From contig NW_024705370.1 in the NCBI RefSeq assembly GCF_018977255.1, positions 1 to 51,133 of the forward strand: DNA of 51,133 nt, written 5' to 3'. The DNA comes from Callorhinchus milii. Taxonomy: Eukaryota. Positions 34,901 through 48,463 of this stretch are shown piece by piece; position 1 is the first letter of the stretch; each line of letters opens with the position of its first letter. The translations under genes were made by a program, and so were the position numbers. The notes beneath the pieces are model-generated. The model was not told the origin of the DNA and searched no databases. It saw only the letters and a program-made list of their open reading frames with translations.

Positions 34901-37900
34901 GCCTAAACCAATTCTAATCTACCGCCACCTTTGCACCGCATTATTCCCATGTGTTACTCCAAAGCCATTTGACTTTAGGTACTGGAAATTAAGTTTGCGG
35001 GAGATGTACGCGCTTTTGCAATAAGTAAAAAGGCTGCGTACAGAGGCGTCACAAGGTTTATTTTTCTGCTACCCCCTCGACAGACCGCAATACAAGCACA
35101 CCTGATCATCGGGCCCCTTATTCATGACTGTGAGAATATCAGGCACATCTTTAATCGCCTGCCATCCGATAGAACATCAAGGTTTTCATCAGACCAACCT
35201 TGCGCGCCATCTCTTGGGACTGGACTTTTCCCTCTCCCGCGACTTTACCTATCACATAGACTAGGAACGCCTTCATGGCTGCGAGTAGCTCGGCATAATC
35301 CCTGCAACGCCTACGTTTATAATATATGCGCAGCAAAAAGACCCATAACTTTGCAATAACGGCCATCAGCCTCCCTTCGGAAGCCCGACAGGATGTCGTA
35401 GCTCCGGCTTTATGTATTAGTTGACTAGACGAATATCCATGGTGATGCCCCGCGAGAAGTGGCACCGAAGATCTTGATCGCGAAACCAACCGTAAGCCAT
35501 GCTTCCATACCAGCCACCCTAGACCCCCCGAAGTATACTTTCGCACTCACGTGCGGCCCGATAAAGTTATCCTATACGGACCAGGGTGGGCCGAGGTACT
35601 TGAGACTCCAATTCTAGGATGCTAATAGATATGTCGTTGACGATGAGTACATCGCTTCCCCTTCCAGGGGTCAGTTCCTCGTGACTACCTTGGCACGACT
35701 GTAGTATCCCATATGTCGTCGATACGGGTGAGCTCGGATCCAAAGTCTTGGGCTATTTGCGCACAAATAGCCCTCAGAGATATCGACCTCACCACGATTA
35801 TTTCTGCGAAAGCGTCTAACGCCTGTCGTACACCTACATGCAAACCATCTGAAATTAAGTGAATCTAATGCTCTCCGCGGTCCGGGGGATGCTTTCGTGG
35901 TCCGATAGTAACGTTTCCACCAGGCATCGCCATGATTTAATGAGCAATTTGACCTATGGATCGGGAGCGCCATTGGTGTTGCAGAGGTACTATTGTGTAA
36001 ACTACGGTAAAGCAGGTTAACTAAGCTTTGAATTACTCTGATGGACTCCCAGGTTCGGCCTGCTACTCGTGTCAAATGGTTAGCCCGTTGGGGCGAGGGC
36101 GCTCAGGGCGTTCCGGCCAGAAGGGTCAACTCGACTCATAGCATAACCTTTTAGCTCCAGCGTTATTGACGAGCGGGTGGGGGAATGGTCGACCAACGCG
36201 GGCAATCACTTCCAGGCTGTCGTACCTTAGAAGTCTCCCGACAAGTCCCATATTTGGGACATACAAATCTGGACATTCCACTTTGCCGTGGTAAGTTACA
36301 CTTGGAAGAGTATCTGTTGTTACCGAGATACGTATCCCGTAAGTGCGAGGGATCGTCGGGATTGCTAGGGAAGTAAGCGGGACCTATTAAACATCGTGGT
36401 AACGGCGCGAAGAGGCAAAGACATTAAAGCGAGTCACCATCCGCGGAGACCTTCCGATGAGACTTAATGTATGGCACCCCGACTACAGGTGCAATCGTCC
36501 ACCCAGTCCCATTCAGAAGTGGATAATTTCATCTGCGAACGTCCTTCGGATCACTTGCCGTCTTTTGGAGATCGCTAGTGGACAGCGCACCCGTCGAGCC
36601 GGTGAGCTTCTTAAAGGTTACATACTTACTGGGGTCACTTTACGTAGCCTTGCCCATCTTAGTACGCCAATTCTATCCGCCTGCGTTCGGGACATACAGG
36701 TCTCGTTTAAATTTAAGGAAATTGGTCCAGGTAACGGAGGAACAACATTAAAAAAACTAGTATTGGGCAAATCTTGTGACTTTCATGTAATCGCCGTTTC
36801 CAAGAGAGAAAATAACATACTGTCCCCTCAAGAAATGTAGACTGCAACAGATCATATCGCGGTGTAAGCTTGAACAACGGGCTCACGGTCCGTCGCTGAC
36901 TTCGGTGGTAGAGGCGGCAATAATTCCCGGATCGTGGGAACACGGAGGAGAATAGCTCAATGAATACTCAATTCGGTAGAAGCCAATCTATGAGTTAAAA
37001 GCTCTGGCCGTTGACGTGGTACTGCTACTTAGTAACATCTGATCTGCCGATCTGACGGGTCTAGTATATACGGGCAGTATGCGGCAGGCATTGGTGTGTA
37101 TCAGGTTGTGTACCGCGGCTCAAATATCTTCTGCCGGCCTAGCTTGATATCTTTACTCTGACTTGTAGCACCTTCTCGATGCCTGTAAATCGGGTCTTAA
37201 ATGGCTGCTGCAGCTCTGACGTATAGGAAGCTCCAACGCTACGGACGTGGAGCCCCGTTACCCACTGATGTTGGTCGAAGATGGTGACTGAGGCAACAAG
37301 AGCTGGTGAGAAAAGCCAGTAGCTTAATGCACCCTTTTATCTACCCGCATCCGACCTTATATCTTGGGCAGGCGAGTGGAATTACCGTTACGTGGGTACC
37401 TATTTATTAGGGTAGCGTGTACGGGTTGACCACAGCGTTAAACCATCTCGTGTCTCGTCTAATCCTTTACTCCTAGATTGAACCAGGACGTTGAGGAACG
37501 TTGAACACCCTCTGACCCCAGTAATACATTGTGTGAGGGCTCGATGGCTCTTTTGTTGCCGCCCCCAGAACGCGCGCTACGTGCACGATTCCTCACCGTT
37601 AAGTAGATAGCGACAAGCAATACACTTCTTCCTCCATGGTAACTAGACGTAGGCAGGCAGACGTTTTCGGTTGAGCCCGAAACTTGTTACGGTACTTCAA
37701 TAAGGTGAGGGAGGTGTCGGCTACAGGTCATCTATTTAGATGAACCACCCATCGTTTATATTCTTTTGACAGCCAGCGCATAGGAACTGCTTCTGTCTAT
37801 CTATGTTGTAAATAGCCTGAGGAGAGGAGAGTCTCGTGGTACTACGCACGCCCTAGCTATTGTTTCGGTGACATCGAGAAGATAGCAGTTCCCGAAGCAT

Positions 37901-40900
37901 AATCGATTACATCGGCTTTTCCCAATTAAGGTTTGATCTGCGATTTACAGTGTGGTCGCCCTGGACGTTCTACAGGATACCTCCTCATCTGACAAGAGTT
38001 GTGATCGTAGGCTATTTCCACACGTAACGTCTCGACATAGTGTTTGACTTGATGCTGCGGTTTCGTGAGAAGCCTCATTTCGCCCACAGCATGACACATG
38101 TCAGAATCTTCTGCCGTAACGCGATGTATCCAGGCTGATCTGCTTGAGAATACCCTACGTAAGACCCGCGCTTCTATCGAGAGCCTACCTATGCCACAGC
38201 AATGATCAGGATGCGAAATCACATGCATCCCTGCTGCGGGTATTGCTCAAGTAGCGATTGCCCTCCGTCCAAAAAATTATCCTACCGTTCTTATAGCACC
38301 CCAGCCGACACAAATGAAAGTAAGGAGCATTCAGTCATGTTGTTGCCGAAGAAGCCCTAACATAGGGCATGAACGTATTCGGGCCTTTCGCACCAAATTT
38401 GGCACGACCCATCAGCCATAAGGAGGCGGTGTGTGCCGACTTATCTAAATTAACGAGACACGTAATTCGGGTCCCTACGCGTCCCCGTCCAATAGTCGTC
38501 CAAGAACACGCACGCGCTAATCCCGTACGGCAAAGCACTCCCCCATTCTCATCCCGAGTTATTCGCTTCCCCTTCACGCTTCTGTGGTGAAGGTCTCCAC
38601 GGCGGGGAGGCTTCTCGCGACCCACAGCTTTTTTGATGCGAAACATGGATCCGACATCCTGGCAGCGGTACAGCACAAATAACTTATAGAACAACCTACA
38701 CCCCTGCCATGTCATACATGAGATGCTCCGTTTTGGGAGCTCCCCGGGCGTGGGGACCGACTTTCTATACTAAGCATGATCATAAAAGGATGGGTGAGGG
38801 GATTAAGCTGTCGTTTCTATAAGCAACTCTTGGTCATTACTCGTAGTAGACTGCTGGGGCAAAAACCCCGCACGGCAACCGGCAGAAGCGGTTATGTCCA
38901 TATAAGGCCAATGGCACGGCCACTTGTGCCGGGCAGTGGTGGTAAGGACTAACCCGGACAATGGCTATGCCTAGATACGCCGGACAGCTCTCCCAAACCA
39001 CTGTATCTCGCCGACCAGTTCTTAATTGTCACTACAAGACGCTTTGGGGACCTCAAACTAGAAGGTCGGCCTATCCGCACGCCCTCGCAAGCCTACATCG
39101 GACATTGCACCGGTCGGTCATCGCACGTGAGAGGGTAATAGGGATTACCAAGCCGTGGCATCCCGCCGTCTATGTTTGGAATTGCATGATAATAGTAACT
39201 TGTGGTGGCGACACGTCGCTTCTAGAACCATAAGACCCTATGTGCCCATTTAATCGAGTTGGAGATTCTCCCGTATATTCGTGGTGTGTGGCGATTTGGA
39301 ACGCTAGATCCTGCATCTAGTTAAGTCCGCTAGGTAGGCCCCTCCCGATGTCCAATGGATTACGTACAGAACGTTGATGCCTTACAGGCTCTCTGTAGAG
39401 AGAACGTCTATTAACAGTCGTCTGGCCCATTCATATGCATTGCTTTCCCCGTTGTGTGGTTTTGTCTGGGGTTCGCGTAGAGGCGAAGTGTTGTCAGAAC
39501 CGTAGTAACACGTCAAAACATCATCTAGCGCTAATCCGCCGACAGTGGTAAACCCGAAGCGTCCGCGGTTGGGTACACAAGACCTATAGCACTGGCAAAT
39601 GTAATTAGACTCCATTTCTGTTCGTACTTCTTACCGGAGTGTAAAGAATAACAACACGAATTGAGGTCCCATGGACGTGGAACGGCTGACTTGCGTAATC
39701 AATCTATTGTATAACGCGTTGCAAGTGTCTCTACGCTAGGTCCCAGGATTGCAGTTGACGATAATTCATGCGGCGACGGATAATTAACTTTCATAGCTTG
39801 CCGATCGTTCACTGATTTCAGAAAAAATTGTAATCGTCCGTAACCGCCTTGGTGAGGGCAGGTGCTCAGCACAGTAGTGTGGAGGCAGGTAAGCAGCGCG
39901 GGGGAGCAATTACTTTAAGTGGAACAGTTAGACGAAAAGATACACCGGGTGACCGACCAAGACATCGAAGTGTACGGTGCCCCCAGGTGAGGCCGCGCCA
40001 TCATTGTCCCGATCAGTGTTTTTGGCAACGAAGACCATAACTACAGGCTGTAAGCCAACTTACGGCCTTTGCATTCAAATTAAGCGCGTAAGACATCGAC
40101 CGCGCCGGACACAGGTACTACGGCATCTGAATATAAGCCGTAGCAAACTAAAAATTGCTTTGCTTTGTAACTGGCTTGTCATAAAAGAATGAGGCCCCGC
40201 GCCCAGGACAGGTATTGGCCACCTAATGAGACCGCGTTAATCTATTAACGGCGCTCTGTTGGACCCTTCCCTAGAATTCAGGGCCCCTCAAGCAGAGATG
40301 AAGACAATCAGACCTAATATAAGCATACAGCCTAGGGTAGACCGTTTTCTACGGTGTGCGTGAGCATAAAGTAGCCCTTGAAAGAAGACAGGATGGTAAG
40401 TACGCAGCTCTAATACATGGAAGCGTGAATTCTTCGACAAATTGGACCGGTCAGCCCACAGGACTGGATGGTCAGTGCCAGTGGAAGTCACTACGGCGCC
40501 GCGCACGAAGTAAGGCTCCGAAGACCCACTAGTCACAAGAATCGGCATTCGGGAGCGTCATAGTGCCCAATAAACCTGGAGGCGTTTTGGGCTGAACTCG
40601 AGTAGACCTGACCCCGATGCCCGTCGCGACTGACCAAGGAAGAGTGAATGGCAGGAAGACTAGCTCTCTATTGGCTTCTTTTGGCTTCATATCGAGATGG
40701 TATTCTTGCTTTTGACCAAATTAACCAATGGTCCGTCTAGGAGTCTCAGAGCTCCTGTAGCAGAACTAAAGAACCGGTCAACCATATTTCACATGCAAAA
40801 CAAGTGAAATATCCTGGTGGCGCGATTTACTCAATGGTGTATCGAGTAAACGTCTTCTTCAACAGTCCGTAATCGCAGAAGCTCTGATAACGATTCAGTT

Positions 40901-43900
40901 AGATTTTGAAGGGGCTGCCCCTAGAGACCATCTGCAGGCCATCGGGGCTCAGATGTATGAGTCTCGTGGTTTCGTCAGAGCGGGTAGGGATGGCTCATTC
41001 CACTTAATCCACTGGTGGATCCTGAATGTCTGTACAAATCGAATCCGTAAGGTGTACAGGCTCCCGGCAACTAGCGGCATTACAATGATATGACTGTTGC
41101 TCCTTAGGAATCAGGCCCACTTGATGTCGCAGCAAAATCTCGCCTGGGAGCCGGTTGTGATTACGCCCGTATGCGTCCGGCAGACGACGGAGCTGTAGAG
41201 TGTGGGCTCTAGTCGAGGCATTGGCAATAAAACCTCTGGCCATTTCGCCCAAAACGCGATGCTTTCTACGGAGCGGGTTAACGACTCTCCACACCGTAAG
41301 TACATTCGGGGTTCGCGCGCTCCTCGATTGAGATAAACATTTAATCTCGTACGACTAGAAGCTTATGAACGGTCGCGTCCATTCGAGACGAATCACATAG
41401 ACTAAAGTCCAAAATTTGATGGCGAATTACTGCATGCGTGGTTTCTTTAGAGCGGGAAGGTCCGCGCAAGGAAAGTAATCAGATAGTGTTGGAACCATAT
41501 AACTTCTGGCTGTTCGCCACTTTCTTTATGAACTTAATGATATCGTCGAATTGGCACCCTATCGCTTGTTGTTGCCTTTATAGCGTCTACGTATTGACTG
41601 GAACCGATTCTACACAGGATAGTCAGGTCGTTCAATACAATGAGGAGACACAGTGTAGTGACTTCCCGTATCCCTAATGTGAGAGCGATTCGTATATAAA
41701 TTACGTGGGCAACCATACATCTATCTAAAAGAATAGCTGGAACGTGGAGCCATAAAAAACGTGGCACTGTCGCTAGCGAGGGGGTTAAACAAGTGAACGG
41801 TCGGTTGGGCTGCATCAATATCTGCCGATACTTGGAAAGTAACAAGCCGCATAGCAAAACTATCCTGATACCTACTCCGTCCAGTGCATTAATGAACCCA
41901 GACCGCGGTACTGCGCCCCACTATTTTTCTTTAGGGCACCGATCGGTATACTCGTATTTCCCTCGCAAATGTTGCTTGCGTGCTATTCCGTATCGGTAGT
42001 AGAAACTAATCGTCATAAGGGGTGCAACCCACATACTCCGCACATCCAAAGGAACTATAACTCGGTCCAACGGATGAATACTGGAAAGAGCTGGTTCTCT
42101 CCATGAACTGCGCGCCTTGTTTCCGGACCTGAATCCTATCGAGACCTATCAAAGACCGCTTCCTAACGGAGAGCGGTGAGTAACCATGAACTGCAATACG
42201 TTCTAGGGCAGCTTGGCTCTGTCAACGTACGCGGGCGCCCTTCGGGCTTAAATCAGGGAGTACGTGCTAGCAGAGGGGCACAACCTGACGACGGTTCTCA
42301 GCTTACTAGAATTTCCCGAAACTCCCGGTGAGGTTGACCCTAGAACGGACGTCTCGCAACTGTTTGTAAAGGGATTTCTGGAGGTGGAGGTCAGTAAACA
42401 CCCAGGCGGCCTGAAGTGGGTACTCAGAGGGAAATTGAAACTTACTGCAAGCTACATCACCCAGCGTGTAAAGCCAAACTGAGCCTGCGAACATAGATTG
42501 TATGGGTACGACTGCAGTCAGGTGAAGCACCTGAACACTGGAATTTTACTAGAGGTGCTTGTGTTCGCTAACTTACTTTACGGCCCAAGCACTCACAGAA
42601 CCGTCTATCTTAATTGCTGCGACAGCCACGGGAAAGAGCATATCCCAACGTGTGGGAAAGGCGGACAGAGAGTAGGCACCCCGCCTCGCCCATCACTGGA
42701 GCGTGATTCCACTTATAGGCACATAATTCATACTGCTATGTTTTACCGATATCGAGCTCTCTGTACTCGGTGGGTTATATCCTAAGTATACCTAGAGTAG
42801 TAAGGTGGCTTTCACCGCCGGTACGGTCCCTGAGTGGTCCTTCACCGTGAACGAAGACCTGTTATGGCCCGGCCTGCAATTCCGTTAACTTCGGCTTCGA
42901 GCACCGTAGTAAAGCAGGAGGAAACACAAAAGATTGGTATAATTGATAGACCTATGTTGCCTGCTAGAAGAAATTTGATTATGATCCGATGCGTACATCC
43001 GTTTTATAAGGTAGTGCATTTATCGGTTCTACTTTTTCGATAAAGCTTGAGACTGCGTGTGGCAAAGGCCAGGAAGCGGCACATTCAGCGATCTAGAACG
43101 TCACCGAATGTATTGTTACGTTCCCAGCTGTTTCTTCTTATACGTTTGTATCGCGGTGGCGCATCGCCCCGTTCCTCTGCGCTTGTGGCTTTTTCGTCCA
43201 TAGGCGACTTTGGCAGGGGTTAAATAGACACCGTCGGTTTGTGCCGCTACCAGTTCGAGAGTCGTTCCACGAACTATCAAAACAACATGCTAGAACCCCT
43301 AGGAAGAGGGACGGGTAATTAGCTGATTTATATTCCAAACAACCTCTTAGGGAAGAATAATGCTTGTGGTATTGTGGCTGCCTGACCAAGCGTGCGGGTT
43401 TCGCGCTACACCGTCCGAAAAACACCGGTAAGACTTACCTCCGCGGACCGGCGGATCGGCCCAGGGGGTGTCCGGGACTGTTTGGACCTTAGCCAACACG
43501 AGATAAGCTCAGGGCAAGCACTGCTCTGTTTACTCTGACAAATATATCAGTTCTACCTCATATAATTCAATGGCCGGCGTCACGTAAAGAGAGCCTACAT
43601 TTAATAAAGGACACATACAACGATCATGTCGGACTGCTAGTATTAGGTAATTAACTGGAGAGGCTTGGTGGTCGGTCGAAAAGGACATTGGATTCCCGCA
43701 CAGACTAATAGATTGAAGCCGCCACACGTAGGGGACCTCCAGTCCTGACTACACCTTGCCTTGCAGGTCATGGGAGTTCTTTGACCATACTTTACCATGT
43801 TTGTCAGTGCAGGTTGGTGAATGCGGGGAGCATAAACGTGGAGGCGTAGAAGTACCGTGCAACACATCAAAATTTTTTTTCTATGAACTGCCCTCTGCAT

Positions 43901-44300
43901 TAGCCCAGCTAGCTCTATATACTAACCTATCAAGTGCGGGTGATTAACCTATTGAAGAACTATGCAGACTCCAGCCTGCTTACCTTTCGAGATCAGGCGC
44001 ATTCTAAGGTCATAGCCGAGCTTTTAATGTTGAATACAGTAAATATTTGGAGTGGTGTGCGCCGCGCACTGCTGTAAATCTATAATGCAGTGCTTGATGG
44101 TGCCTTAAATAACCAAAGGTTTCAATTTTTCGCGTGTGTCGGGAATGCCTTTGTAACTGACACGTCCCATCCGCATAGAGAATGTGCCACCTCTTAGCAA
44201 CCAACTACTTGATGCATATTTAATTTAGTCCGTGGCCTGTTGTCATTCCCACTGCACTGTAGACCAACGCACGCGTTTCGTGCCCACTGCGAGCTAGAAC
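28953..44300. other. Featureless, random-like block with no supportable genes or repeats
   Basis: Near-even base use, abundant CpG and TpA, no host repeats or microsatellites seen, longest ORF 134 aa; right boundary approximate. Confidence 0.7.
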
Positions 44301-45837
44301 GTTAGTTTCTGCAAGGCTTTTTTTTACCAAGCTTGCGAGCCAGATAGTGGACACCAAACCGGGCCCTTCAGTAATTCATTGGAACGCATTAAAGATTGAG
44401 GGGCACTTTAATAATGAAACGCTTGTTTACCAGGCTTGGAAATGACCCCTCACAGCCCGAGTTGCAGTGTAGTACAGCGTTGAATGGTTTTCTCGCTCTC
44501 CATAATACAGTACGATGTTTGTTTTATAGGGATATTGTAAACAAGATATGTCATCATTCATAGGCTCTTGCGACTGATGTGGAGCTACTGCTGCAGTTAA
44601 AGCAGCAATTTGCCTGTTAGGTTGGGTGTTTTTATTTGGCTCCCGATGAAAAGTTTCTAATTGTGAGCAAGTCTGGCTTCATGTTTTCATCATATGGTGA
44701 GATTGAACGGGCAAATAATGATGTCGCGACTGCATTTTGAACAGATCAAATGCTTCCTGTTCATTATGGGCATCTAATTGAGTGACGTTAAAAGATTCTT
44801 GGGACAATTGAGGTTTTACTTTGAAGAGTGATGGTTCCTGCTTGGGCAGTTTGCTCAGAGCTGCTCCAACTCTCCCTTGCCTAGAAATTTGTCCTCTTTG
44901 CAGTGTTGTTTGCTCATTGTTGAGCCCTGGCCAATTAAATGCAATGTCAAAACAAGTGAGAGGAGTCTGAGAATATCGGTTTGAAGTGCGTAATAAGTTG
45001 TTCAATAATTCTAATGTTCGCAAATGGCTGTTGTAAGGCCACCCTTAATATACACGCTTTGTTTGCTCTTAATGCCTTTTAGCATTCTGCACGCTATGCC
45101 AAATGGAAGATTGCGCCACCAGCTATCGGATTCCAGTGCCAACTTGTACCCAACGCATTGTATAGTTGTGATTCCAAAGTTACATATGCTTTATCCCTAC
45201 ATGTTTCTTTGTGCCATTTTACACATTAGATTTATATACATTAATTGAATTACTTCCTTCCTGTAGTATGATTGATATTTGTGAGTCCCCTAACGTTTGC
45301 TTTATTTATCTGGGGCCAATTCCTAATTGATGGCTGGTGGCTGATGATGGCAGCAGCATGTCTCAAGCAATGCTATACTGTCGTATAATTCTAACATTTA
45401 CAAGCGGGCTTTTAGGTGTATTCATACATAGTCGTGCAGTAGTGCTATGTTATCGGCTGGTGTCATATTTGCAAATTTCACGTGAATGTAACTCTCATTT
45501 ATAAACCATTCGTTGTACACTGAAATGATGGGCTGTGATAAACAAGTCCATCCAGTTCTGCTCTACGGTGCGGTGGGCAGGAATGATGGCTTTATTTAGA
45601 CGTTTCACGAAAGGAGAATTGCAGTTTTGATCCACATGTACAGCCCTTTTTGTCAATCTACTGCTGGAAGAGGGCCACTCCAGACCATGTACGTTTATGG
45701 GGTTATTTGCCCATACTTCACCACTCCGGTTAGTGTGGGTTTGTTAAAAGCAGGGTGCATAAATGTGAAAGCATAGAAGTATAAAATACAACAGTGGATT
45801 TCTCGGCACTACCTTCTATTGCACACAACGTTGCCCC

Positions 45838-45961
45838 AAAGCTTATAACATATTTTATGCTTGTTTTTTTGCCCATCCCCAAGCACTATCTAGGCTCAAT
45901 CCTACTTAGCTTCCGGGATCTGATGATACAGGAGGCACATTATGGGTGGTTTAGTCATAGG
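45838..45961 (-). pseudogene. Degenerate 5S rRNA-derived sequence
   Basis: CCCATCCCCAAGCACTATCTAGGCTCAATCCTACTTAGCTTCCGGGATC...GGGTGGTTTAGTCATAGG resembles 5S reverse complement. Confidence 0.6.
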
Positions 45962-47275
45962 TTATAGGCTGTAATACTGTGCTAAATATACAGAATCTGG
46001 CACATAGTTGATGTATTTAACAATGAAAGGCTTCACTTTATGGTGCAGTGTGTTATGTTATTTTATTGCATTTTATGGTCATGGGTGATGGAGTTACTCC
46101 AAGCCAAGTAAATAAATGGAATATGGTCTTTCTCCATTCATTAAAGCCAAGCCTGTGGAATCGGCATGGAATTATGATGCCAATCGTCATACTTTTCACG
46201 CATTTACGATTATCCAAAGTGAATTATTGAATAAGAGGTATCCTTTATAATGTTTTTTGTCTTCTGTAATCGAGCATGCATTAAGCTCACCGCGTTATTC
46301 CGAATGAGGTGTATGCCACACTATTAGAGGTGCCATTACGAGCCTGTTTGTTTGATATTCTTCAAGCACAGCCACCTTGGAACAAAACGTTTTGCAACAA
46401 CCGAATGGTCTTCGCATCTATAGTTCCTAAATGGCAACAGGTTACAAATTGCCCTTTACAGGGACTATACTGTAGTCCATTAAAAACTAATAATAGCACC
46501 TCGGGTTTCAAAAGTTAGACAATACAAAACTTAAGGTAATGTTTAACAACATAACAGCCATTTCATACTGAATGCCGATTGGTCAGTGTTTATGTGGACT
46601 CTACAATACTGATGTGTATTATGTTGAGGAGGTCCTTATGTTTGAGCACTGCCATTTTTTTTACTTAGCACTTGTGTTTGTGCCCCGGTGATTGAATTTA
46701 TTGACAAATGTGTTTCAAGACAGGGCTTTGAGTGGCTTGAACTGAATAAGAAAATCTCATCGCACCATGTTGCTATAAACAAGTCCGGAGCTGTCGTTTC
46801 ATAAGAGGAAAAGATAACCCTTGGATACTTTTGAAAATTGGAATTCTCTGCTTCCTATTTCATAAAAAAAGTATTCCGTTTATAGCATCTACACTGGGAG
46901 AAAATGGAAAATTGGTGTGCTGTATTTGGCACGGACCATGCCATTTTGTTGGCTTGTTGTCTGCTATAACCACAGTCAATGTTTTTGTCCCTTAAAGCAC
47001 CCTGACGTGCAAGTTATTTTTCCATTCATGGTTTAACCTATACTCACCAACCAGAGTTGTAGACTTTACAACTTTCAACGGAGGAATAAGAATAGTCCTT
47101 GAAAATATATAACGTGGTTCCTGCTCGCTCCCTTGTGCTCTGTTATGGTTTTGTAATGATTATTATTGAACACATTGCTAAGCCTGTGATTTCAATGTCA
47201 CAAGGGTGCCTTGTTTGGTGTAAATCCATGCATCGTTTTATCTGACGGCAGTGAAGCCTTGGTCATATATGCACA

Positions 47276-47465
47276 TCTTCTTGGTTCTTTCGGTAAAGTC
47301 ACGTAGAAGGGAAGTAATAAAATAATAAAAATATAATAAGTAATAAAATAATAAAAATAAAACATAATGTTTTATTTTTATTATTTTATTACTTCCCTTC
47401 TACGTGACTTTACCGAAAGAACCAAGAAGATGAATCCCTGTAGTCACGAAAGCTTTAAATCGAAA
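47276..47465. mobile_element. Fold-back insertion of the same repeat family in an arfgef1 intron
   Basis: Near-perfect hairpin 47277-47430; TSD CATATATGCACA / CATAGATGCACA at 47264-47275 and 47466-47477. Confidence 0.72.
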
Positions 47466-48169
47466 CATAGATGCACAGTTTAGATTACAATTTCAAGGAC
47501 TACTGGCTCGGTCCCCGACATACGACAGGATTGAGAATTGGAATTAGGTTTTTAAATGGCCATACTTGAGGCTGGTCCACAACATGAGTCTCCAGCCATC
47601 CTATGAATTCCCACAATAGCCAGCGAATAGCTTAAATGAAAGTTTTCCCGCATTGCTCTGTTGCGGCCAATTATATCTGCATACAAAAAGGAAGCGGTGA
47701 CCGTACAAATGATAGGTCACTTGGGGGCACAATTGTGCTCATTACATTAAAACCTCTGAGAGTAATTGTGGCATTGTACTTAATGGTTTTATGCGTTGAG
47801 ATTACAACAGTGACCATAAACTGGCGAGCATGTGAATGCAGTCGCAGTATGTTGTGTTTAAAACAAACACTCCTCCCCCTTTTTTTTCCCCCAATTGATC
47901 TTTCGATGTCATGCCATGAGAAGAACTATCCATGTGGATCTCGCAGAGTCCGTGCACACCTTTCCATTAGAGAATGGTCTGCAGAGGTGGATATTGCAGA
48001 GACCTTTTCAAGTGACCTCTGTACAATGCAATAGGCAGCACTTTCCACCTCTTTCCAATGAGAGTAATATTTATCACATGAGTCAAACATAATTTTTTTT
48101 ATTCTCGGAGCTGCAATTTTTGTGTGCAGTCTCTGATGCCCAGACTGAGACCCATCAACTAACTACACC

Positions 48170-48262
48170 TGAGAACTCAGGTGGCTGAACCTGGATTCGA
48201 ACCTAAGAATGTCACTGGTGTCGGCTCCGATACCCTGACCACTGAATCCACCTGGCCACCTC
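48170..48262 (-). mobile_element. tRNA-derived SINE head
   Basis: Minus strand GGTGGATTCAGTGGTC (A box) ... GGTTCGAATCC (B box). Confidence 0.5.
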
Positions 48263-48303
48263 ACCGGTATGCTGTGTTGATGTAGCGCTCGTTGCAATTG
48301 CAG

Positions 48304-48463
48304 TCCTCCGGCGGTGGTGGACGGCAAGGTTGGCTCGTCGGCACTGCCCCCCATCCGCTCCAAGTCCAACTTCATCGAAGCGGACAAGTACTTCCTGCCA
48401 TTTGAGTTGGCCTGCCAGTCAAAATGTTCCCGTATCGTGAGCACTTCCCTCGACTGCCTCCAG
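48304..48463 (+). CDS. arfgef1: Brefeldin A-inhibited Arf-GEF (BIG1-like), internal exon, DCB domain region
   Basis: cag|[53 protein letters not shown]|gtaata; nearly identical to the BIG1/BIG2 N-terminus. Confidence 0.88.

Noticed and set aside
29993..44204. Many 60-134 aa ORFs as a viral or prokaryotic gene cluster
   Set aside because: Lengths as expected by chance, no recognisable motifs, no operon-like packing
44679..45023. 114-aa minus-strand ORF
   Set aside because: No recognisable domain; probably intronic or decayed TE sequence
44300..48300. Missing short upstream arfgef1 exon
   Set aside because: Searched by eye for an EEIK-like micro-exon; no convincing candidate
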